From Bacteroidales bacterium (GTDB lineage: Bacteria > Bacteroidota > Bacteroidia > Bacteroidales > UBA10428): DNA of 64,000 bases. The translations under genes were made by a program, and so were the position numbers. A model generated the notes under the pieces. The model ran no database searches, had not been told where the DNA came from, and was given only the letters and a program-made list of their open reading frames with translations. Where the stretch lies: assembly GCA_016938235.1 (NCBI GenBank), contig JAFGVA010000198.1, positions 64,752-128,751 on the forward strand, in the 5' to 3' direction. Numbering within the stretch: position 1 is the first letter of the stretch; every line of letters starts with the position of its first letter. This document shows positions 23,446-30,354 of this stretch, in pieces.

Positions 23446-24435
23446 ATGAAAAATATTAAATTATTAGCCCTATTATTAATTGGTATAATCTGGTCATGCG
23501 GAGAAAAACCAGTTGTAGTTAAAGAAGTTATTGAGACCGAAATTAATACCGAAGTTACCGCAATTGCCATTGATAAGAATAACACAAAATGGATAGGAAC
23601 CGATAAAGGTCTTTATAAAAGTGTTGAAGAAGGTTACAAATTAATGGATATTTCTGTAACCGGTAAAATTTATTCTTTATTTTATGAAGAATCGGGTAAT
23701 ATGCTTTGGATAAGCACCGAGTCAGCTCTGTTAAAAGCCACTATTTCTGATGACGATCTTTCAGAAATTGAAGTTGACAACAGCAATTTAAGCAATCCAA
23801 AAGTTAATGATTTACATATTGATAATTCATCTAAACGCTGGTTTGGTACAGAACTGGGTATAAGTTTAAACTACGGCGAAACCTGGAAAAAAGAGAACTT
23901 CAGAATAAATACAGAAGGAGATCTATTTGAAATGAAAATCGAGGATTTCCCTGTAAACTCTATTGCCAGCTGGGATGGGGATTACTTTTTTGCCACAAGC
24001 GGAGCAAAACTTTACAGGGCTTTTGATTATGATGAGTCCGTTGATGCATTTAGTGGTGCAACTCAGTGGGATCCTCCTTACAATGGCCCTTCTATTACAG
24101 ATACCATGTTCTCCGTATTTGTTGACAACCAAGGAAACCAATGGATGGGTGGAAAAGAAGGCATACAGGTTCATACCGGTCACGATGCGAAAGACCCACA
24201 ATCATTTATTTACATTTTTAAGGATGAACTTCCCGACTCTTACGTACTTTCAATTACCCAGGCTGCAAACGGTGATATTTGGATAGGTACACGAAAAGGC
24301 CTGGCTGTTTTCAACGGAACGGCCTGGGAAACTATTACTGAAAATTTACCTGACCTGTACATCACAGCGATTGCTTTCGACAAAGTTGCTGGCACCTGGG
24401 TTGGAACTAAATCTGGCTTGGTTAGTCTTGACTAA
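23446..24435 (+). CDS. Stand-alone two-component-regulator-propeller (Reg_prop-like) 7-bladed beta-propeller lipoprotein
   Basis: 329 aa with the lipoprotein signal LLIGIIWSCGE. There are seven W-x-G-T-x-x-G-L type repeats: KWIGTDKGLY, LWISTESALL, RWFGTELGIS, FFATSGAKLY, QWMGGKEGIQ, IWIGTRKGLA and TWVGTKSGLV. There is no kinase, receiver or HTH part. Confidence 0.7.
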   Translation: MKNIKLLALLLIGIIWSCGEKPVVVKEVIETEINTEVTAIAIDKNNTKWIGTDKGLYKSVEEGYKLMDISVTGKIYSLFYEESGNMLWISTESALLKATISDDDLSEIEVDNSNLSNPKVNDLHIDNSSKRWFGTELGISLNYGETWKKENFRINTEGDLFEMKIEDFPVNSIASWDGDYFFATSGAKLYRAFDYDESVDAFSGATQWDPPYNGPSITDTMFSVFVDNQGNQWMGGKEGIQVHTGHDAKDPQSFIYIFKDELPDSYVLSITQAANGDIWIGTRKGLAVFNGTAWETITENLPDLYITAIAFDKVAGTWVGTKSGLVSLD

Positions 24436-24483
24436 AATTCAAGTTGGTACAGGAATAAAAAAATAATTTATAATATATTGTAA

Positions 24484-26973
24484 ATGAGAATTATCCTGAA
24501 CAGAGTAGTACTCTTAGTTATAATTTTACATTTTCTTACTTCTTGTGAACAAACTAAACAAGAAGAAGCAAAACTCAAACTTTGGTATACAAAACCGGCT
24601 AAAGTGTGGGACGAAGCATTACCCATCGGAAATGGACGTATTGCCGCCATGGTTTTTGGTGATCCCGCTAAAGAAAGAATTCAGCTAAATGAGGAAACTT
24701 TCTGGTCGGGAGGACCTTCCGAAAACAATAATCCCGAAGCATTAAAAGTTCTTCCGGAAGTTCGTAAATTGATTTTTGACGGAAAAACCAAAGAGGCCGA
24801 AGATCTTATAAATAAACATTTAAGAGCCGGGCAGCTGCATGGCTCTATGTTTCAGTCAGTAGGTGACTTACGCCTGATTTTTCCTGAAAACCATTCAGAT
24901 TATTCAGAATACTACCGTGAGTTGGATATTCAGAATGCATTGTTTTCCTGTACATACAAAGTTGAAGATGTAAAATATAAACGCGAAATTTTTGCATCCA
25001 TACCCGACCAGCTCATTGTAATCAAATTAACATCCGATAAGAAGGGCATGATAAACTTTAGCACCGGTTTTGAAAGTCCTCTTCAGGTATATTCCAAAGC
25101 TGTTGACTCAAACACTTTGGAAATTGAATGCCTGTCAGGCACCCATGAAGGGGTTGAAGGACAGGTAAAAGCTTTTGCACAGGCAAAAATATTAAATACC
25201 GGAGGATCAACCTCCATCGATTCTAATAAAATAAAGGTTAATAATGCAAACCAAGTTGTTATTCTTCTTTCCATGGCAACAAACTTTGTCGATTATCAAA
25301 CCTTAACTGCCGATGCAAAAGAAAAATGTTTGCAATACCTTTCAAATGCAGAATCAAAATCCTGGTCAGATTTCCGAAAAGATCATATTTCGGCATACCA
25401 GAACTATTTTAAGCGGGTAAACTTTGATTTAGGTTCTTCTCCGGCATCTGAATTTCCAACAGATGAACGTATTAAAAACTTTGCGCAGACATACGATCCG
25501 GAACTCATTACCTTATATTACCAGTTTGGCCGGTATTTACTTATATCAAGCTCTCAGCCCGGCGGACAACCGGCTAACCTGCAAGGTGTGTGGAATGGTC
25601 AGACACATCCCGCCTGGGATAGTAAATATACCATTAACATAAACACCGAAATGAACTACTGGCCTGCAGAAAAATGTAATTTACAGGAAATGCATGAGCC
25701 GCTTATAACAATGGTAAAAGAACTGGCTGAAACAGGTAAAGAAACAGCAAAAACCATGTATGGCTGCAACGGATGGGTTGCTCATCATAATACCGATATA
25801 TGGAGAATTAACGGCGTAGTAGATGGTGCATTTTGGGGTATGTGGCCCATGGGCGGTGCCTGGTTATCGCAGCATTTGTGGGAAAAGTTTCTTTATTCGG
25901 GCGACAAGGAATACCTCGAATCGGTTTTCCCCGTCTTGTTGTCGGCATGTGAGTTTTATCGCGATTTTCTTATTGAAGAACCTGAAAACAAATGGCTGGT
26001 TGTTAGCCCGTCAATTTCTCCGGAAAATGCTCCACAAGGTCACGGAACTTCTGTAACATACGGAACAACTATGGATAATCAGATACTGTTCGACCTCTTC
26101 TCAAAAACTATTACAGCCGCAAGACTTTTAAACAAAGAGCAAAATCTTATTGCTGAATTGCAGAATATTCTTGACCGTTTACCTCCCATGCAAATCGGGC
26201 AGTACGGACAACTTCAGGAATGGATAAAAGATTGGGATAATCCGGAGGATAAACACAGGCATGTATCTCATCTGTATGGTTTATATCCCTCCAATCAAAT
26301 TTCTCCTTACAGAACACCCGCGCTCTTCGATGCAGCAAGAACCAGCCTTATACAACGAGGCGATGTTTCCACGGGCTGGTCGATGGGCTGGAAAGTAAAC
26401 CTTTGGGCTCGTTTACTCGATGGTAATCATGCCATGAAGCTGATTACAGATCAACTCACATTGGTTGATCCTGGCAGACCGGGGTATAATGGCGGCACCT
26501 ATCCCAATCTCTTTGATGCACACCCTCCTTTCCAGATTGACGGAAATTTTGGCTGTACTTCAGGCATTACAGAGATGCTCATGCAAAGTCACGATGGAGC
26601 TATACATATTTTACCAGCTCTGCCTGATATCTGGACAAATGAAGGTGAAATAAGCGGACTAAGAACTCCGGGTGGTTTCGAAGTAAGCTTTACCTGGAAG
26701 AACGGCGAAATTGAAGAATTGCAAATTATATCAACACTTGGCGGCAATTGCAGGATTAGAGTTCCCAATTCCCTTGAGTTGAAGAATGGAGAAAAACCCG
26801 CAGAAGCCAAAAGTGAAAATGCAAATCCTTTTTTTGCCACTCCACTCATTAAAAAACCACTTATTTCAAAGCCTGAAACTATAAAGGAAATAAACCTGAA
26901 AAAGGAATACTCGTATGATATTCCGACAGAAAAAGGAAAAAAATATATTTTAGTAACAAATAAAAAACAGTAA
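24484..26973 (+). CDS. GH95 alpha-L-fucosidase (alpha-1,2 type), lipoprotein
   Basis: 829 aa with the signal HFLTSCE. The blocks LWYTKPAKVWDEALPIGNGRIAAMVFG, NTEMNYWPAE, GWVAHHNTDIW and FQIDGNFG are typical of GH95. Confidence 0.85.
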   Translation: MRIILNRVVLLVIILHFLTSCEQTKQEEAKLKLWYTKPAKVWDEALPIGNGRIAAMVFGDPAKERIQLNEETFWSGGPSENNNPEALKVLPEVRKLIFDGKTKEAEDLINKHLRAGQLHGSMFQSVGDLRLIFPENHSDYSEYYRELDIQNALFSCTYKVEDVKYKREIFASIPDQLIVIKLTSDKKGMINFSTGFESPLQVYSKAVDSNTLEIECLSGTHEGVEGQVKAFAQAKILNTGGSTSIDSNKIKVNNANQVVILLSMATNFVDYQTLTADAKEKCLQYLSNAESKSWSDFRKDHISAYQNYFKRVNFDLGSSPASEFPTDERIKNFAQTYDPELITLYYQFGRYLLISSSQPGGQPANLQGVWNGQTHPAWDSKYTININTEMNYWPAEKCNLQEMHEPLITMVKELAETGKETAKTMYGCNGWVAHHNTDIWRINGVVDGAFWGMWPMGGAWLSQHLWEKFLYSGDKEYLESVFPVLLSACEFYRDFLIEEPENKWLVVSPSISPENAPQGHGTSVTYGTTMDNQILFDLFSKTITAARLLNKEQNLIAELQNILDRLPPMQIGQYGQLQEWIKDWDNPEDKHRHVSHLYGLYPSNQISPYRTPALFDAARTSLIQRGDVSTGWSMGWKVNLWARLLDGNHAMKLITDQLTLVDPGRPGYNGGTYPNLFDAHPPFQIDGNFGCTSGITEMLMQSHDGAIHILPALPDIWTNEGEISGLRTPGGFEVSFTWKNGEIEELQIISTLGGNCRIRVPNSLELKNGEKPAEAKSENANPFFATPLIKKPLISKPETIKEINLKKEYSYDIPTEKGKKYILVTNKKQ

Positions 26974-27008
26974 GTTTATCAGATCATTTATAATAGATAA
27001 CCCAAATC

Positions 27009-27797
27009 ATGAAGACAAAATTAATACACTGGATTCCGGTAGTACTCCTTTTTATTTTCTCATGCGAAAGTGAAAATATAGAAGATAAATATTTAAAGGG
27101 AGAAGGACCCATCATTTCTGATACATCTAAGCCAGACACTTCTGGCGACAGCTCTGAAATTCTTTGGCTGCCATTTAATGGAAACACCCAAGACTCTCTT
27201 AAACACAATGTTCCCTTAATTCTGGTTGGGAAGGAACAATTCGTCGATGGAATGAACGCCGAGAACGGCAAAGCTTTATACTTAGACGGTAATACCTATT
27301 TACTGGCAAACCTGGGCTTTTACGATACCCTGTCCATGGTTTTCTGGATAAAAGGCGAAGGTGAATTGGAGTCATCCAACAGCCCCGTATTATGCGACTA
27401 TGGATTCAAGGCATTGTCATTACAATTGGATGCTACATCAGGTGCTACGGCCTTAACTGTGCAAAAAAACGAACAAATTGCCAGTTCCGAAGTAAAGGTT
27501 GAATATTTAAATTCTTTTTACCGGTACAGCTTTGTTTATATTGAAGCAGGTGGTAATAATACCCGTGTATATTACAAAGGTTATACCTCAAGCGGCGATG
27601 AACTAATTTACAGTGACGAACTTGATTTTTCCGGTATAATTGAAGCCGAATCGGATATCTTATATATCGGAAGGTCCTCGAAAAAAGACAACGGTTCGTC
27701 AACTTTTTTCAAGGGTTCTATTGATGAACTTCATATTTACAACAGAACCTTAACCACAACCGAAATCGAAAACTTTGCATCAATCTCAACCCGCTAA
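27009..27797 (+). CDS. LamG/concanavalin-like jelly-roll lipoprotein
   Basis: 262 aa with the signal LFIFSCES. LamG hallmarks are ALYLDGNTYL, SMVFWIKGEG and FKGSIDELHIYNRTLTTTEIE. Confidence 0.6.
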   Translation: MKTKLIHWIPVVLLFIFSCESENIEDKYLKGEGPIISDTSKPDTSGDSSEILWLPFNGNTQDSLKHNVPLILVGKEQFVDGMNAENGKALYLDGNTYLLANLGFYDTLSMVFWIKGEGELESSNSPVLCDYGFKALSLQLDATSGATALTVQKNEQIASSEVKVEYLNSFYRYSFVYIEAGGNNTRVYYKGYTSSGDELIYSDELDFSGIIEAESDILYIGRSSKKDNGSSTFFKGSIDELHIYNRTLTTTEIENFASISTR

Positions 27798-27799
27798 TC

Positions 27800-28687
27800 A
27801 TGAAAATCAAACTAATATTCATTCTTACTATATTTTTTACCGGAACACTAATTGTTAAGGCGCAGGAAGATGATTTGGAATCACTTCTGGAAGAAGATAT
27901 GGGACCGGTAACAGAAAAAGTACTGGGAACTTTTCTGTCGACCTATGTTTTAAACAACCATTCTGTAGAACTACTTAATAAGAACGGCATAAACTTCAGA
28001 ATTTCGCACAAATTCGGTTTTTTAAATACAGGCTCTGATAATTTTTATGGATTCGATAATTCAAGTGTTTTTACTGGCATTGAATACGCACCTGCAGATT
28101 GGATTAATGTAGGAATTGGAAGAGGTACATTTCGTGAATCCTTCAACACAATGGTAAAAATAAAACTTCTGGAACAGCAAACCGGGGCAAAAGAAATTCC
28201 TGTATCAATTGCTGTCTATAGCGAGTTAGATTACCGGACAAAAAAATACGTAATCGAAGATTTACAAAACGATAAATCAGGACGGATTGAATATACCTCT
28301 CAACTATTAATTGCCCGAAAGTTTGGAAAGAAGCTTTCTGCGCAGCTTATGCCTGGTTACACGCATAGAAACCTTGTTGAAACCCGGGAAGATATAAATG
28401 GAATTGCTTCGGTGGGAGTTGGCGCTTCCTACAGTCTTTTAAAGAGACTCCGATTAAATGCTGAATATTATTGGGTACAAGAACATGACACACCTGCTGC
28501 AGAATATTTCTCCCCATTATCTGCTGGTATATGTTACCAAACTTCCAGGCATGCTTTTGAGTTGTTTGCAACAAATTCAACCGGGATTACCTCAAATAAT
28601 CATATAGCCTATACAACCGGCGACTTTTTTGGTGGCGATGTATGTATAGGTTTCAATATATCAATAGTTTTTAGTGTAAAAAGATAA
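27800..28687 (+). CDS. Putative outer-membrane beta-barrel protein (DUF5777-like; tentative)
   Basis: 295 aa with a signal peptide (LIVKAQE) and alternating-hydrophobic strand pattern throughout. It starts 2 nt after the LamG gene stop. The family name is from memory only. Confidence 0.45.
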   Translation: MKIKLIFILTIFFTGTLIVKAQEDDLESLLEEDMGPVTEKVLGTFLSTYVLNNHSVELLNKNGINFRISHKFGFLNTGSDNFYGFDNSSVFTGIEYAPADWINVGIGRGTFRESFNTMVKIKLLEQQTGAKEIPVSIAVYSELDYRTKKYVIEDLQNDKSGRIEYTSQLLIARKFGKKLSAQLMPGYTHRNLVETREDINGIASVGVGASYSLLKRLRLNAEYYWVQEHDTPAAEYFSPLSAGICYQTSRHAFELFATNSTGITSNNHIAYTTGDFFGGDVCIGFNISIVFSVKR

Positions 28688-28699
28688 ACCTTATTAATC

Positions 28700-29260
28700 A
28701 TGAAATATCTCACAATTAAATTTTTCTGCATTTTAAGTCTTTCACTTTTAGCATTCAATTCGGCGAATGCTCAAAAATATATGACCAAAACGGGACATGC
28801 CTATTTTATGTCGCATACCGATGCCATTGATATCGATGGTAATAATTACCAGGTAGCTGCCATTGCCGATACCGAAACCGGAGAACTCGTTGTTATTGTT
28901 TTAATTAAAGCTTTTGAATTTACCCTTGCTACAGCAGACAAACATTTCAATGAAACCTACATGGAGAGTGATGAGTTTCCGAAAGCCATTTTTAAAGGAA
29001 GTGTTCCGGAATTGAAAGCAATTGATTTATCAAAGAACGGTACCTACGATGCATCAGCCAAAGGTAATCTTACCATACATGGTGAATCAAATCCTGTAGA
29101 AAAAACGGGTACCCTTGAAATAAAAGATGGCAATATTCTTATCAACTGCGATTTTAATGTTCTTATTGATGATTATAAAATCAAAGTTCCAAAATCAGTT
29201 GAAGACAGGGTTGCCAAAGAAGTAGATGTAAAAATTGATCTTTCACTTTCACCCAGATAA
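28700..29260 (+). CDS. YceI-like (lipid/polyisoprenoid-binding barrel) periplasmic protein
   Basis: 186 aa with the signal AFNSANAQ. It shows a YceI-like pattern: TGHAYFMSHT, GNLTIHGESNPVE, and a C-terminal VDVKIDLSL strand. Confidence 0.65.
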   Translation: MKYLTIKFFCILSLSLLAFNSANAQKYMTKTGHAYFMSHTDAIDIDGNNYQVAAIADTETGELVVIVLIKAFEFTLATADKHFNETYMESDEFPKAIFKGSVPELKAIDLSKNGTYDASAKGNLTIHGESNPVEKTGTLEIKDGNILINCDFNVLIDDYKIKVPKSVEDRVAKEVDVKIDLSLSPR

Positions 29261-29273
29261 ACAAAGGAATACC

Positions 29274-29693
29274 ATGAAGAAATACAGATTAATACTTGCA
29301 GCATCACTACTCATTATTATTATTGCTGGTGTCTTATATTATACGTTCAGGAAAAGTCCGGAATCGGTTGAAAACATTAAACCCGATTATATTGTAGAGG
29401 CCACGGCCCTGGTTGACGAGTTCTCAGAGAATGAGTCGGAAGCAAACACAAAATACCTCAATAAAACAATCCAGGCAATCCAGGTATCCGGCGTTGTTTT
29501 GGAGGTAAATGAAACAGCAGAAGAAAGAATTACCATTTACCTCGAAGGAAATCTAATGGGCAATGTATCGTGTGCATTTTCAAATAAGGAAATAAAAAAC
29601 ATACCTGATATTGGCGAAAAAATAACGGTTAAAGGTAAATGCACCGGTTATATTCTGGATGTTAAATTAATAAAATGTGCTTTGGTGGATTAG
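29274..29693 (+). CDS. Membrane-anchored OB-fold protein (tRNA_anti-like family)
   Basis: The likely start is ATG 29274 (MKKYRLILAASLLIIIIAG is a single TM segment). The pattern PDYIVEATALVDEFSENESEANTKYLNKTIQ..VSGVV..., VSCAF and GEKITVKGKCTGYILDVKLIKC is the one I associate with PF12869-type proteins. Confidence 0.6.
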   Translation: MKKYRLILAASLLIIIIAGVLYYTFRKSPESVENIKPDYIVEATALVDEFSENESEANTKYLNKTIQAIQVSGVVLEVNETAEERITIYLEGNLMGNVSCAFSNKEIKNIPDIGEKITVKGKCTGYILDVKLIKCALVD

Positions 29694-29788
29694 AAAAAAA
29701 AAGGTTGTAAAGCCTTTTTAATCAGAAAACCTGATTTTTTTGCGGTAATAGGATTATTATAAGATTCTTTCTAGAATAGATATTGTAT

Positions 29789-29824
29789 AAAAAAAGTCTG
29801 ACGCTAATATGTCAGACTTTTTTT
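29789..29824. terminator. Bidirectional hairpin terminator
   Basis: AAAAAAAGTCTGAC-GCTAATAT-GTCAGACTTTTTTT: a 7-bp GC/AT core stem flanked by an A-tract and a T-tract. It lies between the plus-strand envelope operon and the minus-strand tRNA cluster. Confidence 0.6.
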
Positions 29825-29910
29825 GTCGGGGTAGCAGGATTATTCGCAACGCTCATGAGCTCCTCCTCCCAGTCGTCGGTTCGAACCCGGTTCTCATCTA
29901 CTACCCCGAC
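29825..29910 (-). other. 86-nt tRNA-Pro-derived mosaic (acceptor stem retained, core replaced); pseudo-tRNA or tRNA-like element
   Basis: The ends GTCGGGGTAG and CTACCCCGAC are perfect inverted repeats. Both acceptor strands and the 3' T-stem strand (AATCCTGC) are identical to the neighbouring tRNA-Pro. The interior has no D or anticodon arm but carries the palindromes CGGTTCGAACCG and GCTCATGAGC. Confidence 0.5.
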
Positions 29911-29913
29911 AAC

Positions 29914-29945
29914 AAAAAAGGCCAACCTCTCAGTTGACCTTTTTT
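29914..29945 (-). terminator. Hairpin terminator immediately 3' of tRNA-Pro
   Basis: The minus-strand RNA reads AAAAAAGGUCAAC-UGAGAG-GUUGGCCUUUUUU. The stem is complete (one U.G pair) only when read on the minus strand; on the plus strand that position is a C.A mismatch. Confidence 0.6.
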
Positions 29946-29946
29946 G

Positions 29947-30021
29947 TCGGGGTAGCAGGATTCGAACCTGCGACCCTCTGCTCCCAAAGCAGATACGCTA
30001 ACCGGACTGCGCTATACCCCG
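29947..30021 (-). tRNA. tRNA-Pro (anticodon UGG)
   Basis: Hand-folded cloverleaf: CGGGGTA TA GCGC AGTCCGGTTA GCGT A TCTGC TTTGGGA GCAGA GGGTC GCAGG TTCGAAT CCTGC TACCCCG A. All four stems pair, G37 follows the anticodon TGG, the length is 75 nt, and no CCA is encoded. Confidence 0.95.
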
Positions 30022-30088
30022 TTTTTTTTGTGTTCCGGTTATTTTTCAGAAGAATCTTTTTACACTCCTCCTAATGTTATATTAGTAA

Positions 30089-30130
30089 GCGCTAACCGGT
30101 CCCGATGGCTATCGGGAGCGCTATACCCCG
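30089..30130 (-). pseudogene. Partial 5' copy of tRNA-Pro (acceptor strand + D-arm) with an 18-nt hairpin inserted in the D-loop
   Basis: The minus strand reads CGGGGTATAGCGC[TCCCGATAGCCATCGGGA]CCGGTTAGCGC, against CGGGGTATAGCGC[AGT]CCGGTTAGCGT in the intact gene. No T-arm or 3' acceptor strand follows. Confidence 0.5.
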
Positions 30131-30152
30131 TACTTCTTAATTGAAGCGGGTG

Positions 30153-30160
30153 CAAAGGTA
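30153..30160 (-). promoter_or_regulatory. Candidate Bacteroidota -7 promoter element (TACCTTTG) upstream of the tRNA cluster
   Basis: It matches the TAnnTTTG consensus on the minus strand, 22 nt upstream of the partial tRNA copy. An 8-mer match can occur by chance. Confidence 0.3.
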
Positions 30161-30354
30161 AAACTTTTTATTTTTCATACAAGTACATTTTAAATAATTT
30201 TCACTGAGACAGAATAGTTTAATTAATAACTAATCTGTTTCAGTAAATTTTTGATCGTCTGACTACTACTTAAAACATACTTCAACTTAAAATTTACTTA
30301 CAAAAACTCTTTTTAAGATTATACATTCGCATTCATTTCACAATTCAAAAAAAA

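Noticed and set aside
29825-29910. The 86-nt element read as a genuine long-variable-arm (type II) tRNA on either strand
   Set aside because: A hand fold fails. Despite a perfect acceptor stem, no D-arm or 7-nt anticodon loop can be drawn. On the minus strand the 5' T-stem strand is missing. On the plus strand the T-loop-like GGTTCGAACC is not adjacent to the acceptor strand. I kept it as a mosaic or pseudo element instead.
29783-30001. A 72-aa plus-strand ORF across the tRNA region
   Set aside because: It is built entirely from the two terminator hairpins, the tRNA-like mosaic and the reverse complement of tRNA-Pro, so it is not a plausible protein gene.
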